Origin: a bacterium
GTDB lineage: Bacteria > Bdellovibrionota_C > UBA2361 > RFPC01
DNA: 64,000 bases
Direction: 5' to 3'
NCBI GenBank assembly: GCA_030428205.1
Contig: JAUIBK010000004.1
Location: 44,439-108,438 of the forward strand
Position numbers and translations under genes: made by a program. The notes beneath the pieces were generated by a model that saw only the letters and a program-made list of their open reading frames with translations, ran no database searches and was not told the origin of the DNA. Below, piece after piece: positions 9,569 through 18,230 of the stretch (positions within the stretch are counted from its first letter, which is position 1; each line of letters begins with the position of its first letter).

Positions 9569-10366
9569 TTACGTGCGCTCTTTGGCAAACAGGCCCAGGG
9601 CCACAGGGACTTCGTCTCGGCCTACAACCGAAAGATCTTCCCCGTTGGCTATACCACCTGGGATAGAACCAGACACAAAGAGCTGGGTAGAGCCGCCACC
9701 ATCAAGGTTGAGAGCGTCAACACAGCCTACATCACGGTGAAGCAAGATCTGTTGTGTTTGCTCAAGGGTGAGTCCAAGGAGGGTTGATGAGACTGCGAAA
9801 ATGACGAGTCTCTTTTTATGATCGAGGCAGATGCCCGATCTTCTCGTACTCGTATTGTTCTGCCGAAACCCTTCTGGCGGTTTGCCTCCAATGAGAAGGC
9901 GAGGGCCCGCTTGGAGTGCTTCAAGGACAGAGGGAAGCCTTGTGTAGGAGCGATCGACAATCTCAACACCATTTCGGTGTATCACAAAAAGGCCAGTCAG
10001 CGTTTTTCCGCCGTGATGAATTTTATGGTGTACGTTTCCTTGGTTTACCACGAGACCAAGAGGCTTGCCGTGTTCATCGAAATAGTTTGCATTGATACAG
10101 ACTGATGCTTTGCTCTGTTTGCAGAGGAACTTCACTGTAGCCTGGGGCTTGGTGAACTGGTCAGCACGGATAATTTGGGCGCTAAAGGCGCGTAGTGATG
10201 TCCGTAGTAAGGTGAGTTCGCCTGAAAAAAGGGAGGCATCTGGCGCACCAGCTAAGGCGATTTCAAGATCATCTCCTAGTCGTTTCCACTCAATAGGTTT
10301 AGGAGTCTGCGCGAGAGCAGTAAGAGGAAGGAGCAAGAAGAGAAGAAGAAATCTTAGAGGTATCAT
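9569..10366 (-). CDS. Phosphodiester glycosidase (NAGPA-like) family protein
   Basis: Signal peptide; motifs INANYF, AGPRLL, RSGI and ALNLDGGGS. Confidence 0.85.
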   Translation of the reverse strand: MIPLRFLLLFLLLPLTALAQTPKPIEWKRLGDDLEIALAGAPDASLFSGELTLLRTSLRAFSAQIIRADQFTKPQATVKFLCKQSKASVCINANYFDEHGKPLGLVVNQGNVHHKIHHGGKTLTGLFVIHRNGVEIVDRSYTRLPSVLEALQAGPRLLIGGKPPEGFRQNNTSTRRSGICLDHKKRLVIFAVSSTLLGLTLEQTQQILLHRDVGCVDALNLDGGGSTQLFVSGSIPGGIANGEDLSVVGRDEVPVALGLFAKERT

Positions 10367-10440
10367 TGGCTCTCAATCTCATGTAGCGTAACAGAGAGGC
10401 TGGCAGGGATCAAAGAGCTGCTGTCTTTTTAGGAGAGAGG

Positions 10441-10477
10441 AAAAAAGGCGACCAGATGGGCACGGCCATCCGGTCGC
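10441..10477 (-). terminator. Rho-independent terminator
   Basis: Stem gcgaccagatgg/ccatccggtcgc with a T6 tail on the minus strand. Confidence 0.7.
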
Positions 10478-10633
10478 TGAAAAAATTCGCAGCCTCGCTA
10501 GTCGTGCTACCCGCGAATCTTTGCCTTCGCTACATTGGTCTATGGCGCGGTGGCTGGGGTGAAGAGTGTGTGCGTGTGTGCGTGTGGTCAAGGAGGCCCC
10601 AGCCTATGCCTTTCCCAATGCCTTAGTGGCATT
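10441..10633 (-). ncRNA. Putative sigma54-dependent small RNA (~190 nt)
   Basis: Bracketed by a consensus sigma54 promoter and an intrinsic terminator, with no credible ORF between them. Confidence 0.45.
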
Positions 10634-10643
10634 GATAGTTAAG

Positions 10644-10659
10644 AGCAAGTGGTGTGCCA
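10644..10659 (-). promoter_or_regulatory. sigma54 (-24/-12) promoter
   Basis: Minus strand reads TGGCACACCACTTGCT, with correct GG-N10-GC spacing. Confidence 0.65.
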
Positions 10660-10787
10660 CTTTGAACTCGATTGTAGGCCTATTTTTCCTCCGGTTTTGC
10701 CGGATACGAGGCGGTATTTTTTTCCCAAGAGGAAAAAATAGCTCATAGATCCTCAACCATTTCGTTTAGAGGGGGTGTAGTCAAACA

Positions 10788-11159
10788 ATGTTACCCGAGG
10801 CTCAAGTGAAAGAGATTGCACGAGAAGTTAACATTTCGCCTGCTGCGGTTAGGCGTCTTCTCGGGACCCTCTCAATACCTTCTGCAGGAGCGAATCCTGA
10901 ATCTGAAAGGCCGGCTCCCCCTTTAAATTTAGGGCTGCGGCTCGATCAATTAAGAAAGGAAGGGATTTTTACTCCGTATAACACAAGTGAACTAGGTCGA
11001 ATTCTGGTTGAGTATCGAACCAGTTGTCCTGCTGTATTTGCTTGGATTGTAAATGGAGGTTTCGATCCAACAAAGTCTCCTTCAACAGTTACGCGTGGCA
11101 ATCTTGTGCACGCAACTCGTACTGCCGGAAGACTTCGGGCTAAATACTTACGTGCCTAG
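10788..11159 (+). CDS. Hypothetical protein
   Basis: 123-aa ORF with a G-rich RBS. Confidence 0.6.
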   Translation: MLPEAQVKEIAREVNISPAAVRRLLGTLSIPSAGANPESERPAPPLNLGLRLDQLRKEGIFTPYNTSELGRILVEYRTSCPAVFAWIVNGGFDPTKSPSTVTRGNLVHATRTAGRLRAKYLRA

Positions 11160-11165
11160 CGGCAA

Positions 11166-11190
11166 GCTTATCCACACCCTGTGGATAAGC
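11166..11190. promoter_or_regulatory. Two perfect DnaA-box 9-mers in inverted orientation (also forms a hairpin)
   Basis: TTATCCACA (11168-11176), CCC, TGTGGATAA (11180-11188). Confidence 0.55.
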
Positions 11191-11467
11191 CGGTAAAAAA
11201 ACTGCCTTTCGGTTTGTGTTTCATTCTCTGATTGAAATTCGTTATACTCTCGTTGAACCCAAATTTTTTCACTTTGTACAAGCTCTTTTTTGGTCGCAGC
11301 GTGAGTAAGCTGTATTGTTGCATGAGGTAAGGAGAGGCGTAGGAGGCTGAAGGTTTCCGACTCTGTCGATAAAGCGTTCTTCTCGGTTCAGGTGAAATTT
11401 TTTTTGTTGGAGTACTAATAAACCGGTTCTGTTTTTTTGGTTCTGTGTCTGTGAGATCTTAAGTTGT

Positions 11468-11998
11468 ATGGAAAGCGAAACGTTTCGAAGTCGAGTTGGG
11501 AAACTTCTACAAAAGAGTCGTAAGGCTCTTAGGCTCTATTCTAAAATGGGCCTTGTGCAAGAAGGGGAGATTTCAGAATACAACGAAATGCAAGTGAGCG
11601 AGTGGAGAGAAGTAAACGCGCGTCTCTTGAGGCAGCTTTCTTCTGCTCTTGAGCTTTCTCACTCTCGTCAGCTTGTCTCCTCCATTTACCGTATTCGTGA
11701 TCAGTTTTACTCTGAGTGGCGTGAAAGCCAAGGCTCTGTTCATGAGAAGCGACGCGCCCTTACGCTTGCCGTTGAAAATGGTGACTTCATTAAGTGTGTG
11801 TTGCTCAGTAAAGAGCTTATAGCTCTGAAGGCGCGCCTTCAGGCAACCCAAGCAGCTCACCACGAGCTACAAAGTGTCATTGAAAAGAGCAGTGCTCGCC
11901 CTCCAAAAGAAGGTTCAGAACCGATAGTTGAGGAGGTGGCTGAAGAAGGGCCGCTTTTTACACAGGCAAAGATTATCCCGCTTCGTCGCCGGAGTTAG
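11468..11998 (+). CDS. Hypothetical coiled-coil protein
   Basis: 176-aa helical ORF. Confidence 0.65.
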   Translation: MESETFRSRVGKLLQKSRKALRLYSKMGLVQEGEISEYNEMQVSEWREVNARLLRQLSSALELSHSRQLVSSIYRIRDQFYSEWRESQGSVHEKRRALTLAVENGDFIKCVLLSKELIALKARLQATQAAHHELQSVIEKSSARPPKEGSEPIVEEVAEEGPLFTQAKIIPLRRRS

Positions 11999-12030
11999 CT
12001 GCATTTCAGATTGAGACAGAGAGAAGTTGT

Positions 12031-13251
12031 TCAAGCGCCTTTTTCGTGAGAGTGAGGGGCTGTATCGTTGCATTCTGCGCGGAAAGCAGCGATGGAGAGC
12101 GCCAGCGTTGTCAGACCGGTGGAGAGCCTAAGAATTGGTGTGAGCCAGTCTTGGTGGAAGAGAGAAGAGAAGAAAATAGCGGGATCAATAAAATAAAAGA
12201 AGGCGTAGAGACCGAGGAGGTAGGGGAAAGAGCCCTGCCTACGGAAGAACAGAAAGAAAATTATTGGAAGGAGCCACGTAGCATAGTGAATCCAATAGAG
12301 TGGAGGAAGAAGGAGTAGAGTGCCTAGGAAGAAGAGGTGTGCCTTGGGAGAGGGGGAGGGAGTTTTTGTCGCTCGATATAACAGAATGCTAAAGAGTCCC
12401 CCGAGAGTAAAGAATAGGACCCATTTAGTGAGTGCATAGGGTGCCTCAAAAGATTCGGAGAGCACGGAAGCGAAGGCATGATTGTTTGCCTCTGGTTCAG
12501 GTTGAGGAAAGGACGCCATTGCCGATACAAATTGCTCCCAATACGAAAAGGGGGTGTTGAGTAGCAGACCGCAGAAGAGAATGAGAACGAATGAGAGTGC
12601 AAAGGAAGTAAGTATTTTTCCTCTCCTCGCAAAAAGAGGAAGGAGCACAAGAAGTATTGGAATAAACTTAATGTGGACTGTTACGGCAAGAGCGATTCCA
12701 GTGAAGAAGTCATTACGTGTCGTGTAGAGATGTAAGAAGAGGGTGATTAGAAAAGCTACGAGAAGGTGCACTTGTCCGTAGCTTAAGCCGTTCCAGACTG
12801 GTGGAAAAAAAGCAACAGCAAAGAGAGTGCTCAGAAAAAGGAGAGGGGGCTGCTCGAGAGGTCGTGTCGCGTAGCCTCTGAACATCACAGTGAGGAGATA
12901 GGCCAAGAAGAGAAGCGTTATCAGGTTGATTGCCGTATAGAGAACGATCGCGGTAGGAGGAGAAAACTCAAGAAATGGACGGAGGAACAGCAGGAACGTC
13001 GGGGGATAGTAAAAACGAAGTCCACTATGAAACGCGAGAGGGGTGTCAGAAATAGTGAATTTCTTTCCATATACTTGAGTATTATCGAGAAACGCGAGTG
13101 TTGCTGCTTTATAGGCCTGGAAGTCTGGAAGGTTCGAGGCGAGGCAGGAGCGAAAAATAGAATGGCAGTAAACTCCCCAAAGTATAAAGGCAGCTCCCCA
13201 GAGAATGAGAATTTGAAATTGGGTGAGTCGAACCGGAGAGTTAGTACTCAT
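12031..13251 (-). CDS. GT87/DUF2029 membrane glycosyltransferase
   Basis: Motifs DFQAY, FYYPP, GQV, IKFIP and WIHY; multi-pass membrane protein. Confidence 0.8.
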   Translation of the reverse strand: MSTNSPVRLTQFQILILWGAAFILWGVYCHSIFRSCLASNLPDFQAYKAATLAFLDNTQVYGKKFTISDTPLAFHSGLRFYYPPTFLLFLRPFLEFSPPTAIVLYTAINLITLLFLAYLLTVMFRGYATRPLEQPPLLFLSTLFAVAFFPPVWNGLSYGQVHLLVAFLITLFLHLYTTRNDFFTGIALAVTVHIKFIPILLVLLPLFARRGKILTSFALSFVLILFCGLLLNTPFSYWEQFVSAMASFPQPEPEANNHAFASVLSESFEAPYALTKWVLFFTLGGLFSILLYRATKTPSPSPKAHLFFLGTLLLLPPLYWIHYATWLLPIIFFLFFRRQGSFPYLLGLYAFFYFIDPAIFFSSLFHQDWLTPILRLSTGLTTLALSIAAFRAECNDTAPHSHEKGA

Positions 13252-13780
13252 TTGTTAGGAGTCGTACGGGATCGCCGGTGAACGCTGAGACCACAGGGAC
13301 GGGGCCAGGGCCAAAAGTTCGGTCGATAAGGGTCGCCCAGCACAAAACCGGAATGTTGCGTAGCGTTGCCTTTGTGTGTGCTTCAAGACTAGAGCGGGCA
13401 GTGGTAATAACATCTGTGACAAGGATCGCGTTGGAGCCTTGATATTTAGAGCCAAAGCCGTTGGAGAGCTTGCTCTCTAAATACTGTTCAAGAGGAATCT
13501 CCTCTCTTCCTGGCATAATCTCGGAGTAGATAGCGCTGAGGCGTTCTGCAAAGAAGCTGTATCCTCCTGGAAGTTTCAAAAAGAGTTGAGGTTGGTTCGG
13601 TGAGAGGACGTTTTCAATCCGGTAAGCAACGTATTCAGCGCATGCGTTAAGGTCGTCGTCTGTGAGATCTTCTGTTCGATAGTACGTATTTGACTCGCAG
13701 CGGGTTCCAATGGGGACTGGCTCCTCATACTGTTCAGTAATACGGCTGAAGATCTCATTAACGTCTTCTACGGTAACCAT
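13241..13780 (-). CDS. Type I phosphoribosyltransferase-like protein (PyrE-like fold, atypical)
   Basis: PRPP-loop-like ILVTDVITTARS followed by LIDR. Confidence 0.55.
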   Translation of the reverse strand: MVTVEDVNEIFSRITEQYEEPVPIGTRCESNTYYRTEDLTDDDLNACAEYVAYRIENVLSPNQPQLFLKLPGGYSFFAERLSAIYSEIMPGREEIPLEQYLESKLSNGFGSKYQGSNAILVTDVITTARSSLEAHTKATLRNIPVLCWATLIDRTFGPGPVPVVSAFTGDPVRLLTNEY

Positions 13781-14067
13781 GGTAGTGATCTCGAAAAAAC
13801 TAGTGGATGATAACTGACAAAGAAAGATAGCACACAAGCTGGCTTACCGACTAGTGTTAGCATTCACGGATTGGTAGAATTTTTGCTAAGGCACTGTAAG
13901 TGCTTAGAGTTTGTTTGGTGTTGATTTTCGACGTAGGGGCAAACTTCCCTATGGGACGCAAGCTTGCGTAGGGCTACAACTCTGCGGAGTACATGCCGTG
14001 GGGCATTTTTCGAGGAAAAGGAGCCTCTGTAGGTCAGCGAAGCGAACAGAGAGTAAAATCTGGGTGC

Positions 14068-14415
14068 TTATCTGCTCGAGGATATCGCTACTGATAGACT
14101 CGCCTGACTATTTTCTGGCTCAGAGTAGAAGTTATCTACCTCACGAGCCAAGATGTCAGGCCCATGGTGAGAGAGCTCATAGATTCCCTGAATGCTTTCT
14201 AGAGCCTTTACTGCTTGTTCAGGGTTTTTGCGAATATGCTCCAAGGCAACATCTGTGATTTTTCCGGCGTCTTTCCACCCTTGTAAGTAGCCTGAAATAA
14301 ATTGTTGTTTCTGCTCTTTCGTCAACAGGCGCCATGTGGGTAAAAATGGCGTTGAATCTGCTAAGAGCACATGAGAAGGGAAAAGGGCGAGCAAAAAGAA
14401 AGCTATGTATTTCAT
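14068..14415 (-). CDS. Small secreted hypothetical protein
   Basis: Signal peptide MKYIAFFLLALFPSHVLLA; contains FISGYLQG. Confidence 0.65.
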   Translation of the reverse strand: MKYIAFFLLALFPSHVLLADSTPFLPTWRLLTKEQKQQFISGYLQGWKDAGKITDVALEHIRKNPEQAVKALESIQGIYELSHHGPDILAREVDNFYSEPENSQASLSVAISSSR

Positions 14416-14482
14416 TGACGGCGAGTATAGCTTGCACTTCGAGTCCAGTGCAAGACTGAGCCTTGTAGGTTAAGATACTGTA

Positions 14483-16870
14483 ATGGTGAATGATAAGACA
14501 TCTTCTTCTCATCGAGTTGGGGCACAAGAGAATCAAGAGCGCCTTGTCGGTCGAATGCTCGGCCTTGATGAGTTGTCATCTTCTCTTAAAAAGAGAGTTC
14601 AGCAGCGTTTGTCTGAAACAAAAGAGTCGGGTGTACTTGTTGGGGCCTTACTTGGTCGTGGAGAGTGGGATATCCGACCTATTCTACTTGAAGACGCCCA
14701 GCTTACCCTCTTACGTTTTATACACGCTGACTGTCGCATGGAAGGTTCCTTCCGGTTTAACACTTCTGAGCTCTTACACTCCCTTTCTCATCTTTATGGT
14801 TCCACTGGGAGTGTTGACGGGCAGTTTTGGGTACGTAGGCCATATTATGATCGGGTGCTCTCAGATGAAGCTCGCGCTCAGGAAATGGTCGGAAGTATGT
14901 CACCGTCCCAATTACTGCGGAAGATTCTTTGTGAAGTAGAGTCGCTCCATGCGCAAAAACTCTTTCACGGGCATCTCGTACTTTCAAATTTGACGATCTC
15001 TACAGAGGGACTTCAGCTGCTTGATGTTGGCTTATCCGTGTTTGACAAAGAGCGTTGGAAGCTCATACCTACAGCTCCAGGAGAGCTTCAGGAGGGCGCA
15101 CCTTCATCTCGTACAGATGTATACTGGCTTGCTCAGTTGCTAGAAACATTCGTTCCAGATACGTTTGAAAATTTACGTGTAAAGATGCGTTCCTCTGAGC
15201 CTGATGAAAGGCCTTCGATTGAGGAAGTGGTCTGGGAGCTCTTCCCAAATGAGCGGGCGCATCAACAACAACCTTCCTCTCCAGCTCTTCTCCACCGTCC
15301 TTCGTCAGTTCCTTCTGGAAAGCTTATTGTTCCTCACTCAAAGGCTCAGGTGGACGCAAGAGATGCCCTCAAAGAGAAAAATAGGGAGTCCTCCTCTCGT
15401 GCGCAAGTGCCATCTGCTGATGATCGGGGGGAGTCGCAACCGGTCTATGATCCACCACCTCTCAAAGAGGAGGTGCGCCGACCGTCGCCAGAACAAAAGT
15501 CAGAAAGCCTCAATTCCTTATGGCTTTTACTCTTTGTTTTCGTTGGATTGAGTTCATACTTTTTTTATCATCAGGGGTACTTCTCGTTTCCACAATCTGA
15601 AGAGGTTTCTTCGCGACCATATACCTCATTGTGGCAAGTGGGAGGTGTCGATGAGCGTCATCAAGTTGCACAAGCTGCTATCGTTGACAACATTGCTGAA
15701 GCGCAAAAGGCGATTGTTCGAACGGCTCTCGTTGGGAAGGAAATTCCAATGGTGGCGAATGATTTCCTCTTTCAGGTCTTTTCCACACAACATGGCGCAG
15801 ATTTTTCTCAAGATGACGTGCGGACAATCTTACGAATTGCTCTGGCACCGCTTCTCGAAGATTTGAACTTACCAGCCCCTGAATTATCTTCACTCGATCC
15901 CCGAGTGACTCTTGTCCTTCTTCGGTCTCTTGGTTTCGATAATGAGCAATCATGGTTTTCTTCCTATTCTACAAAACAGTTCTTCGAGTTATCTGAACCT
16001 GCGCGGAGTGTTTTTCGAACACTGGATCGACATGGTGAAAGCAATCTCTCATCTCGACTTGTCCGTGCAACAGCGGTGTTGGCATCTGATCCTTCTCATA
16101 AGAGTGCATGGAAAGTAGTACTTCAAGAAGTAGCGAAAAAAGGAGAGTTCGCCTCGACACTTGTTCCTTGGGTGCCGTTTTTTGAACAAGCGTTTACTCC
16201 AGAGAGTGATTTGTGGAAAGAATTTATAGCAGTTGCTCCAGCCTTTGCCTGGTTTGATAATGCAAAAATTGTTTCTTGGGTAAAAGTGAGCCCGGTAGAA
16301 AGGCTTTTTCTCTTCTTTTCGCCGCAGGCTTATGTTGGACTTTCGCGGGCTCAGCTTTTCGATCTACTTACACATCCTGAGAGCTATATTCGGAATCAAG
16401 CAGAGGCGGCTCTTTTGAAGACGGCAAAATCAAAGGGGATGAAGGAGACTCTCCAGGTACTTGCGAGACCTGAAGGAAGGCTTTCTCGAGACCAAAACGT
16501 GGCATTACTCTCTGCTTTTGATGAGTCAGATGGTGATGTTTTTTATTCTTATCTTTCAAAATGGTTTGATACAGCGCCTGATCCTCATGTTGTGCTGAAA
16601 CTCCTCATTGCGAGAAAGGGGATAGTTGAACTGGATCCATTTAACGTAGAAGCGGCTCGGTATTTGACGCGCATGAAATGGGATCCGAGCCTCGAAGAAC
16701 TGAGAGGCCTGTCTGGTCATCCTGAGATCTTGGCAAGAGCCTTCGCCTATGCTCAACTTGATCCTCAGGTTCCACAAGAGAGAGAACTCCTCCGAGATAT
16801 GGCCTCGATTGAACCCAGTAGTCGAATAAGAAATCAACTTCAGAAAAAACTTTCTCTTTCTACAAGGTAG
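14483..16870 (+). CDS. Membrane-anchored Ser/Thr kinase-like (pseudokinase) protein with a large helical extracytoplasmic domain
   Basis: Motifs LHAQKLFHGHLVLSNL, LLDVGLS, TDVYWLA and PDERPS; TM segment WLLLFVFVGLSSYFFY; HEAT-like C-terminus. Confidence 0.65.
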   Translation: MVNDKTSSSHRVGAQENQERLVGRMLGLDELSSSLKKRVQQRLSETKESGVLVGALLGRGEWDIRPILLEDAQLTLLRFIHADCRMEGSFRFNTSELLHSLSHLYGSTGSVDGQFWVRRPYYDRVLSDEARAQEMVGSMSPSQLLRKILCEVESLHAQKLFHGHLVLSNLTISTEGLQLLDVGLSVFDKERWKLIPTAPGELQEGAPSSRTDVYWLAQLLETFVPDTFENLRVKMRSSEPDERPSIEEVVWELFPNERAHQQQPSSPALLHRPSSVPSGKLIVPHSKAQVDARDALKEKNRESSSRAQVPSADDRGESQPVYDPPPLKEEVRRPSPEQKSESLNSLWLLLFVFVGLSSYFFYHQGYFSFPQSEEVSSRPYTSLWQVGGVDERHQVAQAAIVDNIAEAQKAIVRTALVGKEIPMVANDFLFQVFSTQHGADFSQDDVRTILRIALAPLLEDLNLPAPELSSLDPRVTLVLLRSLGFDNEQSWFSSYSTKQFFELSEPARSVFRTLDRHGESNLSSRLVRATAVLASDPSHKSAWKVVLQEVAKKGEFASTLVPWVPFFEQAFTPESDLWKEFIAVAPAFAWFDNAKIVSWVKVSPVERLFLFFSPQAYVGLSRAQLFDLLTHPESYIRNQAEAALLKTAKSKGMKETLQVLARPEGRLSRDQNVALLSAFDESDGDVFYSYLSKWFDTAPDPHVVLKLLIARKGIVELDPFNVEAARYLTRMKWDPSLEELRGLSGHPEILARAFAYAQLDPQVPQERELLRDMASIEPSSRIRNQLQKKLSLSTR

Positions 16871-16912
16871 TCCTTTGGGACAGCTTCTTTCTGTCGGAGT
16901 GGATGAAGGCAT

Positions 16913-16950
16913 AAAAAAAAGGCCGCCTGTCATACTGACAAACGGCCTTT
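16913..16950. terminator. Bidirectional intrinsic terminator
   Basis: aaaggccg..tgtca-tac-tgaca..cggccttt flanked by A and T runs, between convergent genes. Confidence 0.75.
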
Positions 16951-16974
16951 CTTGTTTACTTCTTCACTTGAGAA

Positions 16975-17373
16975 TTATGTATTCTCGAGGATGTTTGCAT
17001 CGTTGAAGAAGGTTGATACGAGCGAGCGTAGGATAAATGCACCTACAGCTACAACAAGGAGCCCAAGAGCCGCACGGTATTGACCGAAAGCAGAACTAAG
17101 GATAGCTCCAAGCCCTGCAGCGATCATAATCAATGCACCAAAACTACCTTCTATGTAGGTAAGAATAGCGTTGATAGAGTTTGTCACACGATCATCGTTG
17201 TACGTGATGACACCACCATCTTGAGCAGTTACTGTCCCAGCAAGTCCGCCAGCAAGCAGAGCGATACCGAGCACAAACAGCATGCACTGACCTTGCGCCT
17301 TGCTAGGAGCTGTAAACATCGCTCCAAACGATTGGCCAGTAGAGAGATATAGTTTTTTAACCTTGGCAAACAT
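16975..17373 (-). CDS. VirB2/TrbC/TraA-like conjugative-type pilin
   Basis: Long leader followed by two hydrophobic helices (GSFGALIMIAAGLGAILSSAFG and ALGLLVVAVGAFIL); located at the end of the T4SS cluster. Confidence 0.65.
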   Translation of the reverse strand: MFAKVKKLYLSTGQSFGAMFTAPSKAQGQCMLFVLGIALLAGGLAGTVTAQDGGVITYNDDRVTNSINAILTYIEGSFGALIMIAAGLGAILSSAFGQYRAALGLLVVAVGAFILRSLVSTFFNDANILENT

Positions 17374-17723
17374 GTTTACCTTTTCCTTTAAGAAGTTTTC
17401 TTAATCCAGTTTTTTCCGACTCAGAGGCGAAGCCTAAAAGTCCCATTGTGTTATATGTGTTATGTTGAGCGTGGCAGAAAATGTGTCATAGGATCAATAA
17501 ATCCTTTCTTTAGTTATTTCAGGCAGTTAGGTGCCATCGTGTTTGCCTTCATACAGGAAAGAGCCATTGTATGGGGAATGCCTCCTCCCTTGAACGTGAA
17601 CATCACCCCTTTGCCTATAGATAATCCCTTCTTACGTTCCGCACCAATAGGTGAAATGTTTTGGTACGCGGTTCTTAACGTGTCACGTTCATATTCAAGT
17701 TCACGTGCACGTGGAGGGGAGGA

Positions 17724-18230
17724 TTAGCCTTGAGGTGCGTCTCGAAGGCCAGGGATATACTTCTCTGGATCTTTGGGTTCTCCATTAATGCGGATCTCAA
17801 AATGAAGATGAGGCCCTGTGGCAAGCCCCGTTTCGCCTACTGTTGCAATAATTTCTCCAGCCTGAATAGTTTGTCCTGGTTCGACATGGATAGTGCGACA
17901 GTGGCCATAGTGGCTTGTGATCCCGTTGCTGTGTTCGATGACGACAAGGTTTCCATATCCTTTGTAAGGATCCGCGAATACAATTTTCCCCGAGGCAATT
18001 GCACGAATTTGTGCACCTTTTGGGGCAGCGAGATCTATTCCAGAGTGGTGACGTTGGACTTGCCGAACAGGATGTTTGCGAAGACCATAGACACTTGAAA
18101 CCCTTTCACCGAGGAGTGGATAAACAAAGATAGACTCCGCTGAGAGAGGTCGAGCCACAAAGGTAAGTAGAAAGCTGAAACTACTTAGCAGAGTGACTTT
18201 TAATGAGTTGGTAAGCTTGAGACTCAACAT
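17724..18230 (-). CDS. M23 family metallopeptidase
   Basis: HSGID, YGH and ATGPHLHFE zinc motifs; signal peptide. Confidence 0.92.
   Translation of the reverse strand: MLSLKLTNSLKVTLLSSFSFLLTFVARPLSAESIFVYPLLGERVSSVYGLRKHPVRQVQRHHSGIDLAAPKGAQIRAIASGKIVFADPYKGYGNLVVIEHSNGITSHYGHCRTIHVEPGQTIQAGEIIATVGETGLATGPHLHFEIRINGEPKDPEKYIPGLRDAPQG

Noticed and set aside
11160-11467. Chromosomal oriC
   Set aside because: Only two boxes, and no dnaA/dnaN/gidA context.
13936-14005. GGGCAAAC...GGGACGCAA resembling a c-di-GMP-I riboswitch
   Set aside because: The P2 GNRA tetraloop hairpin is missing, and the motif is on the + strand while both flanking genes are on the - strand.
17443-17470. dif-like site (TTATGTTGAG)
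   Set aside because: Only a partial XerD arm; there is no XerC arm.
17467-17536. sigma54-like motifs upstream of the pilin gene
   Set aside because: One has GG-N9-GC spacing and the other has GA instead of the invariant GG.
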